The position numbers and the translations under genes are program-made. The notes below the pieces were generated by a model, which was given only the letters and a program-made list of their open reading frames with translations, had not been told where the DNA came from and did not search any database. From Nitrospirota bacterium (lineage in GTDB: Bacteria > Nitrospirota > Nitrospiria > Nitrospirales > NS-4), in the NCBI GenBank assembly GCA_005877505.1, contig VBOO01000001.1:1-45682 (forward strand): a stretch of DNA of 45,682 nucleotides, read 5' to 3'. This document shows, one piece after another, positions 10,052 to 18,012 of the stretch. Position 1 is the first letter of the stretch. Every line of letters starts with the position of its first letter.

Positions 10052-10927
10052 ATGCCGCCGAAAACCCGCATCCACGCCCTCCTGGAGAAGGAACGCGCCC
10101 TCATCTTTCCGGGCGTATACGACGCGCTGGGCGCGAAGCTCGTGGAGCGCGCCGGCTTTCCCCTGACCTTCATCTCCGGCTACAGCGTGGCGGCCACGCA
10201 GCTCGGCCTGCCGGACTTCGGCTACCTCACCCAGACCGAAATGGTGGCGACTGCGAAGCGCGTCTGCGCCTCGGTCAGGATCCCGATCATCATTGACGCC
10301 GACACCGGCTACGGCAACGCGCTGAACGTGATCCGGACGGTCACCGAGCTGATCGAGGCCGGCGCCGCCGGCATGTTCCTGGAGGATCAGGTCTGGCCCA
10401 AGCGCTGCGGCCACATGAAGGGCAAGCGGGTCATCCAGGTCGAAGAGCACGTGCAGAAGATCCGGGCCGCGGTGGACGCGCGCCGGGGCCGCGACTTCTT
10501 CATCGTGGCGCGCACGGACGCGCGCCAGGTCAACGGCCTAGAGGACGCGATCGAGCGGTGCCTGAAGTACAAGGAGGCCGGCGCCGACGCGCTCTTCATC
10601 GAGGCGCCCCGGAGCGGGGAGGAGTTGAAGACGATCGCCAAGGAGCTGCCTCCGCCGCTTGTCGCCAACATGCTGGAGGGCGGCGTCACGCCTTTGCTCA
10701 CCAAAGACGAACTGGAGAAGCTCGGCTTCCAACTCATCGTCTGCCCGCTGACTGCGCTCTACGCCTCGGCCAAGGCCATGCAGGAGATGTTCAACCTGAT
10801 CAAGACCAAGGGCACCACGCGCGACCACCTAGACCGCCTGCTTCCCTTCAAGCAGTTCCACGACATCATCGGGCTCGACGCCTACTACGACCTGGACGAG
10901 AAGTACCGGAATTCCGAGAACAGCTAA
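10052..10927 (+). CDS. isocitrate lyase/PEP mutase superfamily enzyme (2-methylisocitrate lyase / oxaloacetate decarboxylase-like)
   Basis: IIDADTGYGN and EDQVWPKRCGHMKGK (KRCGH active-site loop) motifs. ATG at 10052. Confidence 0.85.
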   Translation: MPPKTRIHALLEKERALIFPGVYDALGAKLVERAGFPLTFISGYSVAATQLGLPDFGYLTQTEMVATAKRVCASVRIPIIIDADTGYGNALNVIRTVTELIEAGAAGMFLEDQVWPKRCGHMKGKRVIQVEEHVQKIRAAVDARRGRDFFIVARTDARQVNGLEDAIERCLKYKEAGADALFIEAPRSGEELKTIAKELPPPLVANMLEGGVTPLLTKDELEKLGFQLIVCPLTALYASAKAMQEMFNLIKTKGTTRDHLDRLLPFKQFHDIIGLDAYYDLDEKYRNSENS

Positions 10928-11164
10928 GAGCGGGTCCTGCCCCCGCATAGCCCAGCGCAGCTGGGCGTTTCGCCGTCGAAGCCCCGCAGACCCGGCTGTA
11001 CGCCCCGCGCTGCATCTGGGCGCCCATGCGGTGTCACCCGCAGATCTTTTCGATGTCGCTGGAGGCGGAGGGGTGGTGGCGAACGGGCGCCCGGTCGCGC
11101 GCAGGCGGGGCCCCTACACCGGGCGGGGTGCCGAGCACGGCTGGGCTGTTCGCCGACAGGACCC
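10928..11164 (+). mobile_element. MITE-like repeat, family 2, copy E2 (~237 bp)
   Basis: The left end GAGCGGGTCCTGCCCCCGCATAGCCCAGC and the degenerate right end GCTGGGCTGTTCGCCGACAGGACCCC are inverted. It shares a core with E1 and starts 1 nt after the stop codon of the upstream gene. Confidence 0.55.
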
Positions 11165-11190
11165 CAGAGCCGCAGGCGACACAGACCCGC

Positions 11191-11544
11191 TCAGTTCACT
11201 GAGCCGAACCAGGAATACCGGTAGCGGGCGACGAGGCGGTAGGCGAGATAGGCGAGCGGCCGGACCAGCGGCACGCGGAGGATGGCATGTAGCACGCGCC
11301 CTCCGGGAAGCCCCGGCACCAGCGGGAGGAAGGCGTCCAGCCCGCGGCTGATCGTGCCGTCCGGCTCCACGAGGAACGCGACATCGGGGCGCCCCGGCTG
11401 GTACTCGGCACCGAGCTGACACGCAGCCTCTTCGCTCTGGTACGGGACGAGCTGGACGTCTGGGTTCGGCGCCAGCCTCTCCAATCCCTTCTTGGCCGTC
11501 ACACAGAGCCGGCACTGGCCGTCATAGATCAGCGTCCGCATCAT
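11191..11544 (-). CDS. thiol-disulfide oxidoreductase DCC family (DUF393)
   Basis: N-terminal LIYDGQCRLC motif; 117 aa. The start overlaps the AKR stop (ATGA). Confidence 0.8.
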   Translation of the reverse strand: MMRTLIYDGQCRLCVTAKKGLERLAPNPDVQLVPYQSEEAACQLGAEYQPGRPDVAFLVEPDGTISRGLDAFLPLVPGLPGGRVLHAILRVPLVRPLAYLAYRLVARYRYSWFGSVN

Positions 11545-12653
11545 CCAAACAATTTCGCAATCTGGTCCGGAGAGAACGGCGCGAGCCGCGCGAGCGCCAT
11601 GTTGTCCCGCACGTGGTCCGCCTGCTTCATCCCGACCAGCGCCGTTCCGATGCCCGGCGTCGAGCGGACGAACTGCAGCGCCCGCTGGGCGTCAGTGCCC
11701 TCGCCCAGCGCCTGCTGCAGGTCCGCCGGCAGCCCGCGCGCAAGCCTTCCCTGCAGAATCGGCGCGCTAATCATCACGTAGATGTCGAGCGCCTTGGCAG
11801 CTACCAGAAGCGGCACCGTCGCGCCGTTGAAAGACTGCGTCTTCGCAGCGAGCGCCTCCGGCATGCCGATGTTGTACGGCAACTGGATCACCTTGAAGTG
11901 GTGGTCCTTGCCGCCCGCCTCTTCCGCCAGGCGCACCAGCGCCTCCAGGGAGAGATGGCCGCGGGCCTTGGGCGGCACCCGATAGCCCTCCCACGTCGCC
12001 GTCCCGTATACGCGCAGCTTGCCCTGCGCGACCGCCGTTTCGAGCGCCTCGAAGGCCGCGCGCATGCGCTTCATGAACTCGTCGCGCGTCACCTGCTCAA
12101 GCTGGATCTCCGGATTGTGCAGGTAGTACACATCGAGGCAGGTGAGCCCCAAGTTGGCCAGGCTGGCGTCGATCTGATGTCCGAGATACGTCGGGGTCAT
12201 GCAGTGGCAGTCGGCCACCACGTCCGACGAACGGAAGATGCCGGGCGTGATGAAGGTCTTCTGCACGTAGGCGTAGCCGTCGCGCGGGGGCGCGCCGTCG
12301 TACGGGATGAACCCGCCCTTCGTTGCGATCAGCGCTTCGTCGCGACGGCAGGTTCCATCCTTGATCAGCTCGGCCAGCGCCTGGCCGATCGTTCGCTCGC
12401 TGCGCTGGCAGCGGTAGTTGATCGCGCTGTCAATGACGTTGCACCCGGCCTCGACGGCCTGCTTGACCGCGGCGAGATAGAGCGCGTCCGTCTCGCCGTC
12501 GTGCTTGCCGAGATACGTGCCGAGCCCGATCGTGGAGAGCGTCAGCCCGCCGAGCCCTTCGCGGAAGTGTCGTTCATGGGCCGCGCCCGCCGCGACCAGC
12601 CGATCACGGTACCGCTGGGTGCCTTCTGGCGTTGCGTAGCCGGTGAGTGTCAT
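11541..12653 (-). CDS. aldo/keto reductase
   Basis: AKR pattern (LGLGTYLG..., IDSAINY, YYLHNPE). ATG 12651-12653 overlaps the upstream stop (ATGA). Confidence 0.85.
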   Translation of the reverse strand: MTLTGYATPEGTQRYRDRLVAAGAAHERHFREGLGGLTLSTIGLGTYLGKHDGETDALYLAAVKQAVEAGCNVIDSAINYRCQRSERTIGQALAELIKDGTCRRDEALIATKGGFIPYDGAPPRDGYAYVQKTFITPGIFRSSDVVADCHCMTPTYLGHQIDASLANLGLTCLDVYYLHNPEIQLEQVTRDEFMKRMRAAFEALETAVAQGKLRVYGTATWEGYRVPPKARGHLSLEALVRLAEEAGGKDHHFKVIQLPYNIGMPEALAAKTQSFNGATVPLLVAAKALDIYVMISAPILQGRLARGLPADLQQALGEGTDAQRALQFVRSTPGIGTALVGMKQADHVRDNMALARLAPFSPDQIAKLFG

Positions 12654-13099
12654 ATGCCGAACTGCTGCCGGCACCATCGCACCATCTGCTCGACTTCATC
12701 CGGCTTGTGATAGTCCACGGCCTTGTGGAAAGTCGCCGCCACGTAATCCTCGGTCATCTCGTTCGTCTCTTCGAAGCCGGCCCCGCGCAGGGCGGGGCGG
12801 AACTTGGCGACGGCCGGTTGCAGGTAGTACTTGGCCTGCTTCGCGACCTCGTCCGTGCCCAGGTCTTCGGGCGTCCCCTCGGACATCAGGCTCATGACGT
12901 CTTCGATGTCCACGCCCATCTGGCAGAGCAGGCGTCCGTCGGGGGTCAGCTCCAGCAGCCAGCCATCGCTTCCCAGATCCATCAGCAAGGCTCCGCCGGC
13001 TTCCAATTCAAAGAAGGTCGGGTGATTTCTCCGGAGCCGCGCGCGGACGGCTTCCCAGTCCGGGTGAACCGGCTTCGCTTCAACCAAGTCCTCGCTCAC
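12650..13099 (-). CDS. hypothetical acidic protein
   Basis: 149-aa ORF. GTG 13097-13099 overlaps the DUF1284 stop (GTGA), and its own stop overlaps the AKR start. No family recognised. Confidence 0.6.
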   Translation of the reverse strand: MSEDLVEAKPVHPDWEAVRARLRRNHPTFFELEAGGALLMDLGSDGWLLELTPDGRLLCQMGVDIEDVMSLMSEGTPEDLGTDEVAKQAKYYLQPAVAKFRPALRGAGFEETNEMTEDYVAATFHKAVDYHKPDEVEQMVRWCRQQFGI

Positions 13100-13587
13100 G
13101 GCTTCACATCCTTTCTGAGAGTACGCACGCGAATGATCTGGCCTTCACGCAACTGATCGATGCCGTCGCGACAATAACCCAGCGGAAGCCACCGGCACGA
13201 CCCGCAGATGCCCCGCAGGTCAGAGCCCTTCACCGATGCGCGGATCCGCTCCAGGACCTCGCGCCACCGCACCCTGGTTCCCGGCTGGAGTCCCAGCAGT
13301 TCCAACACGTGCCGGTCCTGTGCCTGCATGCCTTCTTCCGAGCGCGCGCCGTTCAGCGAACAACCACCTGGCGCCAAGTGGGGGCAGGCGGCGCAGAACG
13401 CGTCCGGCGCCTCCACGACCTCGACCCATCGATCGGGGTGCTCGTGCAGGTCCCGGTGGAGCCCGGCCATGTTCTCTATGAAACCGGCGCTATACCCCTC
13501 GCCTCGAAAGCCTTGCAGGCACAAGAGCGTATGGCCCCTGATGCGGACCGCCCCATGGGCATCCGCAGGTATTTGGCGACTGCTCAT
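13096..13587 (-). CDS. Cys-rich DUF1284-like protein
   Basis: RGHTLLCLQGFRGEGYS start is typical of DUF1284. Further motifs CAACPHLAPGGC and CGSCRW. ATG 13585-13587 is preferred over the TTG at 13629. Confidence 0.6.
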   Translation of the reverse strand: MSSRQIPADAHGAVRIRGHTLLCLQGFRGEGYSAGFIENMAGLHRDLHEHPDRWVEVVEAPDAFCAACPHLAPGGCSLNGARSEEGMQAQDRHVLELLGLQPGTRVRWREVLERIRASVKGSDLRGICGSCRWLPLGYCRDGIDQLREGQIIRVRTLRKDVKP

Positions 13588-13660
13588 GATTCCCTCGATC
13601 GACGCTATTATAGCCCGTTGGCTGGGCAAGCCGCACTAGTCACGCACCGGCTCCCCTCGC

Positions 13661-13689
13661 TTGACCGAGGGCGACGACATTCATAGAAT
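13661..13689 (+). promoter_or_regulatory. sigma70-type promoter TTGACC-17-TAGAAT, 6 nt upstream of the ATG (leaderless)
   Basis: -35 at 13661-13666 and -10 at 13684-13689. The ATG at 13696 coincides with the expected transcription start. No SD. Confidence 0.55.
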
Positions 13690-13695
13690 GCCGGG

Positions 13696-13989
13696 ATGTT
13701 TGGAGTCTGGAAGCGCAAACCCGCCACACCCGATGTGGTGATCTACACCAAGCCCGACTGCCCGCTTTGCGATAAGGCCAAGGCCCTTCTCGAAGAGCTG
13801 AGCAAGGAGTTCCCCCACAATCTCATCGAAAAGGACGTCCACAGCGAGGAGAAGGCCAGGAAGTATTACGCCGATCGCGTTCCAGTGATCCTGGTCAACG
13901 GCCGTGAGGTCGCGGGGTATCCGCCGGAAGAGAAGTGGGTGAAGATCGCGCTGAAGAACGCCCACCGCCTGGACATGCGTCCGATCTAG
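13696..13989 (+). CDS. glutaredoxin-family protein
   Basis: VVIYTKPDCPLCDKAK (CPxC) and VPVILVNG motifs; 97 aa. Confidence 0.8.
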   Translation: MFGVWKRKPATPDVVIYTKPDCPLCDKAKALLEELSKEFPHNLIEKDVHSEEKARKYYADRVPVILVNGREVAGYPPEEKWVKIALKNAHRLDMRPI

Positions 13990-13990
13990 T

Positions 13991-14014
13991 GCGCGAGGCG
14001 CCCGCGCCTCGCGC
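13991..14014. other. GC-only palindrome GCGCGAGGCGC-CC-GCGCCTCGCGC
   Basis: The 11-nt arms are exact reverse complements. It sits between the glutaredoxin stop and the next start, with no U-tract. Confidence 0.5.
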
Positions 14015-14029
14015 CGAAAGGGCAGTGTC

Positions 14030-15466
14030 ATGATGCCGCGCCTGCTAGCTTACACCGCGCTGGGGATCCTGCTGTTTGTCGGATTCCAGTGGTGGAGTAG
14101 GCACCAGCAGGTGTTTCAGCGGCAGGCGCCGCCTCCGGTCGCGACGCCGGCCTCCCAGCCCCAGCCCAACCCCCAGCTTTCCGTGGTCCTGTCCGACCCG
14201 GCCGCCCAGCCGATCATCCGGCAAGGCGGGACGCCGCTGACGATTCCCGTCAAGGTGGCCGGCTCGCCGTATGCAGCTGCGCTGAACGAGATCAACGCGC
14301 TGATCCAGCAGGGGAAGGACACGGAAGCGGAAGCCAAGCTCCAGGCCCTGCCGCCGGACGCCCTGAACGACCCTTCCGTGCGTGCCTCCGCCTCCACGCT
14401 CTGGAACAACCTCGCGGTCATACGGGTGAAAGCGGGTGGACCAGCCGCCGGCGTGCCTGCGTATAAATCGGCTCTCGCCATCAACCCGTACAATTCGATC
14501 GCCCATCACAACCTGGTCTATGCGTACTGGGAGCTCAAGGATCCAGCCCTGACCCCGGAGCTGCTGGAAGAGGCCATTAAGCTGAACCCGGAGAACCCTT
14601 TGCCACATCTCGCGCTCGCAGAACTGCTCCTGAACAAGGACGACCTGACAGGCGCCCGCACGCACCTCGAGCAGGCCAAGGACCACATCGCCGAAGCGCC
14701 TAATCTCCAGGTTTACCTCGGGCGACTCATCGCGCGCATCGAGCAGACTCAGAAGGCCGAGCAGAAGTTTCTGGCTCGGGAAAGCTCCCACTTTCTGGTG
14801 AAATTCGACGGCGACGCCGATCACGCCGTGTGGAACCGCGTCCTGGAGATCCTGGAAGACGCGTACCGGGAGATCGGCCAGCAGCTCGGCCACTTTCCCT
14901 CAAAGCCGATTCTGGTGGTGCTGCACACGCGCGAGACATTTCAGGGGGCCACCGGCGGGCCGGCGTGGTCCGATGGGCTATACGATCCGGTGATGGGGCG
15001 CATCAAGGTGCCGACGCAGGGGGCGCTGACCGACAAGGCCTGGCTCACCCGCGTGCTGCGTCACGAGTACGTGCATGCGCTGTTGCACGAACGGATGGGG
15101 GGACGCGGAGCGATCCCGCAGTGGCTCAACGAGGGGCTGGCCATGCAACTGGCCGGGGACCCGCCACCCGACATCCCCGAACTCGTCCGCGGCCAAGTCA
15201 CGCTGGTCAACCTGAGTTACCTTGAGGGCAATTGGATGGCCCTCACGCCCAAACAGGCCATCGTCGCCTACCTGGAAGGCAATTCGGCCACCAAGTATTT
15301 CATCGATCGGTTCGGGATGGAGAAGATGCGCGAGGTGCTCGGCCAGTTGGCGACGGGGCAACCGTTCCCCGACGCGTTCAAGGACCGGCTGTTCATCACC
15401 TACGAGGACTTCCAGCACCGCTGGATAGACGATCTCAACGAGAAGATAAAAACGGGGCGAATGTAA
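14030..15466 (+). CDS. membrane-anchored TPR protein with C-terminal HEXXH (peptidase MA-like) domain
   Basis: N-terminal TM helix, Pro/Gln-rich linker, TPR-like repeats (AYKSALAINPYNSIAHHNLVYAY...), and an HEYVHALLHE zinc-metalloprotease motif. Confidence 0.65.
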   Translation: MMPRLLAYTALGILLFVGFQWWSRHQQVFQRQAPPPVATPASQPQPNPQLSVVLSDPAAQPIIRQGGTPLTIPVKVAGSPYAAALNEINALIQQGKDTEAEAKLQALPPDALNDPSVRASASTLWNNLAVIRVKAGGPAAGVPAYKSALAINPYNSIAHHNLVYAYWELKDPALTPELLEEAIKLNPENPLPHLALAELLLNKDDLTGARTHLEQAKDHIAEAPNLQVYLGRLIARIEQTQKAEQKFLARESSHFLVKFDGDADHAVWNRVLEILEDAYREIGQQLGHFPSKPILVVLHTRETFQGATGGPAWSDGLYDPVMGRIKVPTQGALTDKAWLTRVLRHEYVHALLHERMGGRGAIPQWLNEGLAMQLAGDPPPDIPELVRGQVTLVNLSYLEGNWMALTPKQAIVAYLEGNSATKYFIDRFGMEKMREVLGQLATGQPFPDAFKDRLFITYEDFQHRWIDDLNEKIKTGRM

Positions 15467-15475
15467 CAGCCAAAA

Positions 15476-15669
15476 GAGCGGGTCCTTGTATCTTGCGCCG
15501 AGCAGCCGGGGCACCCGTTGCTCAGCAGAATGCAACGGGTCAAAGCTCGCTTTCGCCGACCGGCCAGCGCATCTTGGGTGCTCCGGGAAGCCAAGCAAGT
15601 CGCACCTACGACGCGCCTGGCCGGCCATGAACTAAGCAAGTCGCGCTATGCTGCGCCGGGGTCCCGCTC
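15476..15669 (-). repeat. composite intergenic repeat carrying the ACCCGTTGC-N10-GCAACGGGT hairpin module
   Basis: Hairpin at 15513-15540 is identical in stem to those at 3246, 34349 and 36341. The ends GAGCGGGTCC (15476-15485) / GGTCCCGCTC (15660-15669) form a 9/10 inverted repeat. The left end resembles the family-2 terminus. Confidence 0.4.
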
Positions 15670-15751
15670 GGCGCCACCCGCAAGAAAAAAATACACTCGC
15701 CAGTGGGGGGAGTGAGAAGGGTGAGGGGGCTTAGCAGAAAGGAGAACTCAC

Positions 15752-16303
15752 ATGCGTCATGTCATGACAGGCGTGTCGCGGATATCCGCGTTGGTGGGCA
15801 CGAGAAGCGTGTTGGCGGTCGGACTGGGATTATCCATGGCGTGCAGCGTGTACGCTCAGGATGTCACGGTTTCCGAAAACTCATTCGGCTGCATCCGTGA
15901 CGCGACCAAAATCAGAAACACGTACATCAAGAACGCGGACCCCGAGAAACTGAAGGAGGCGGTGCGTATTTTTAAGAACAGTGTGCCGGACAGGGAATAC
16001 CCCGTCGGTACGTTCCTGCAACTCCTTCCGGGCGAGGTGATGGTCAAGCACTCGCGCCAGAAATTTCCAGACACCAACGGCTGGGAATTTTTTGCGCTGG
16101 ACGTCTCGGCGCAAGGCACCAAGATTAGGACCCGGGGGGACAAGACGACCAATTTCCAGGGCGTGCCATGCATGAGCTGCCATCAGCCGGCGGCCAAGTT
16201 CGACTTCGTCTGCGAAAAGGGCCACGGCTGCGCGCCCGTGCCGCTCGACGATCAAAAAATCGCCGAACTCCAGGCGGCCGACCCGCGCTGTCCCAAGAAA
16301 TAG
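15752..16303 (+). CDS. exported mono-haem protein, cytochrome P460 / c'-beta-like
   Basis: Signal peptide and a single CMSCH haem-c motif near the C-terminus, preceded by VMVKH...NGWEFFAL. This parallels the P460 family layout. SD AAAGGAGA. Confidence 0.5.
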   Translation: MRHVMTGVSRISALVGTRSVLAVGLGLSMACSVYAQDVTVSENSFGCIRDATKIRNTYIKNADPEKLKEAVRIFKNSVPDREYPVGTFLQLLPGEVMVKHSRQKFPDTNGWEFFALDVSAQGTKIRTRGDKTTNFQGVPCMSCHQPAAKFDFVCEKGHGCAPVPLDDQKIAELQAADPRCPKK

Positions 16304-16372
16304 GCGCACTCACGGGGTCATCGACGAGCTAGGCTGAGGATTATCTGATGGTCTGTCTAGGAGAACTTTGCC

Positions 16373-16858
16373 ATGAATATTCTTGTTGCCGTTGACGGTT
16401 CGGAGAATTCAGATCTTGCCGTGCAATACGCCGGCACCATGTTGAAGGACACAAAGGGTGCGCAGATTACCCTCTTTCATGTCCTCAGAGCCCTCCCGCC
16501 CTCGTTACTGGAGCATGGGGGATCTGAGAATCCGGCGACAGAGGCGCAGCTTGGCGCGCAGCTACGGAAGGACCAGGACGCCTGGTACAAAAAGGAACGG
16601 GAAGCCAAATGCAACGTGTTGACGAAGGCTCGCGACCTGCTCGCCAAGGCGGGCTTCGACACCACGCGGGTTCGCCTCAAATTCGGGCATGAGGATGACG
16701 TGGCTCGAAACATTCTGGAGGAGGCCCGAGAGGGAGGTCACAGCACCGTGGTGGTGGGGCGTCACGGCGCGTCACGGAAAAAACGTTTCTTCGGGGGCGG
16801 GGTCACGGACCAATTGCTCGGTGAATGCAAAGGCTTGACGATCTGGATCGTCGAATAA
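16373..16858 (+). CDS. universal stress protein (UspA family)
   Basis: ILVAVDGSENS ... VVVGRHGASRKKRFFGGGVTDQLL ATP-binding-type Usp motifs. Confidence 0.85.
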   Translation: MNILVAVDGSENSDLAVQYAGTMLKDTKGAQITLFHVLRALPPSLLEHGGSENPATEAQLGAQLRKDQDAWYKKEREAKCNVLTKARDLLAKAGFDTTRVRLKFGHEDDVARNILEEAREGGHSTVVVGRHGASRKKRFFGGGVTDQLLGECKGLTIWIVE

Positions 16859-16987
16859 CCCACCTCGCACACCGTCCGCAACATCGGCGGCACGACTGCA
16901 AGATGGCTGTACGGATATAAAGCTCGCCGATTCTTTACACGGTCTGGAAATTAATTTGAAGTCATTAGAAATGCTGGAAGTACGCTG

Positions 16988-17039
16988 CTGTAAGCCGGAT
17001 TCTGTGCCGGTTCCTCCAAGCGGAAGAATGGCGATCATT
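16988..17039 (-). repeat. partial copy 1 of the rnpB 3' end (att-like remnant)
   Basis: CTGTAAGCCGGATTCTGTGCCG (22 nt) is identical to rnpB 22661-22682, with weaker similarity for a further ~30 nt. Same orientation as rnpB. It ends 2 nt before the PIN gene stop. Confidence 0.6.
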
Positions 17040-17041
17040 CA

Positions 17042-17494
17042 TCATAGATCATCTGGCAGTAGGCGGCGAAAATCCTTGAGAAACTCACCCGGGGTGACAA
17101 CCGGAAACCGCACAAACGCCCGCACTGCACCGGTCTGGAAGTGACGGGTGTTCCAGGAAACGAGATAATCAACTTCGGCCTCTCGTGCTGCCGCTAAGAT
17201 CGGCGCGTCCTTCTGATGAATGACGCGCGCGGCCTCTTTGACCACGTGAGGAGGAGGGTCCTCGACAATCAGAGGAGCGAGTTGTATCAGGAGTGCCCGA
17301 TAATCGGGAAGCACATCCGGCAGTTTTGCGGAGAGATTGCGGTCCGCCTCGGTAATGACCTGTCGCGAGACGACCAGGTCAACCACGCGGGCCTCACCTA
17401 AACGCAGGACTTCTCGCGCCGCCCCGGTCGGCGAGACCACTCCCGCGATCAGTGCGCTGGTGTAGAGAAAGACCTTCCACCGCCTAACTTCCAT
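17042..17494 (-). CDS. PIN-domain protein (VapC-like toxin, PIN_3 type), active site apparently degenerate
   Basis: KVFLYTSALI ... KDAPILAAA ... DYLVSWNTRHF layout of PIN_3 toxins. Overlaps the upstream AbrB-type gene by 11 nt. Confidence 0.7.
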   Translation of the reverse strand: MEVRRWKVFLYTSALIAGVVSPTGAAREVLRLGEARVVDLVVSRQVITEADRNLSAKLPDVLPDYRALLIQLAPLIVEDPPPHVVKEAARVIHQKDAPILAAAREAEVDYLVSWNTRHFQTGAVRAFVRFPVVTPGEFLKDFRRLLPDDL

Positions 17495-17747
17495 AGCGCT
17501 CGCGGTTGTAGCGGGCGCGCTGCGTATCCAAGTCGGCGAACAGGTCTTGCAGGCGCAAGCCAGCCTTCTTCATAGCGCGTGCGGCTTTCTTCGCCACAAC
17601 GTCACCTATCAGCTTGCGGGGCGTCAGCATCAGGACATCGCCGACCTTGACGACGCTCAATGTCGCTTCTTCGCCGAGACCCAGCTCTTTTCTAATGGAG
17701 GCGGGAATCGTCACCTGCCCTCGTTCCCGAACTTTCACGCTAGGCAT
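17484..17747 (-). CDS. AbrB/MazE/SpoVT-family antitoxin
   Basis: VKVRERGQVTIPASIRKELGL swapped-hairpin motif; 87 aa, upstream of the PIN gene. Confidence 0.8.
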   Translation of the reverse strand: MPSVKVRERGQVTIPASIRKELGLGEEATLSVVKVGDVLMLTPRKLIGDVVAKKAARAMKKAGLRLQDLFADLDTQRARYNRERYGS

Positions 17748-17859
17748 CTCATTTCCCTTTTTCAGATAATTTCTGAAAGTGCGAATACATTAGCCACGGC
17801 TCTGATGTCAAGGGACAAGGAGACGGGCAACCCTCACCTGTCCCCTTTTTAGGGCGTGT

Positions 17860-18012
17860 GGGAGAGGGACTATAAGCCGGATTCTGTGCCGCTTCGTCCG
17901 CGAGGACGACGCGGCGGCGGTCATTTCTCTAGGACCCGGACTGCGCCGGGCCTCGTGCGGCCTACCTGAGGTCCCCGACTGGGTCGATCGCCGATGTGTC
18001 GGATCGTCGAGG
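17860..18012 (-). repeat. partial copy 2 of the rnpB 3' end (~138 nt homologous plus a 16-nt insertion)
   Basis: Aligns to rnpB 22651-22788 at roughly 85-90% by eye, including the 27-nt identical block TAAGCCGGATTCTGTGCCGCTTCGTCC. It also shares the 3' flank GCGTGTGGGA. It abuts the stop codon at 18013. Confidence 0.75.
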
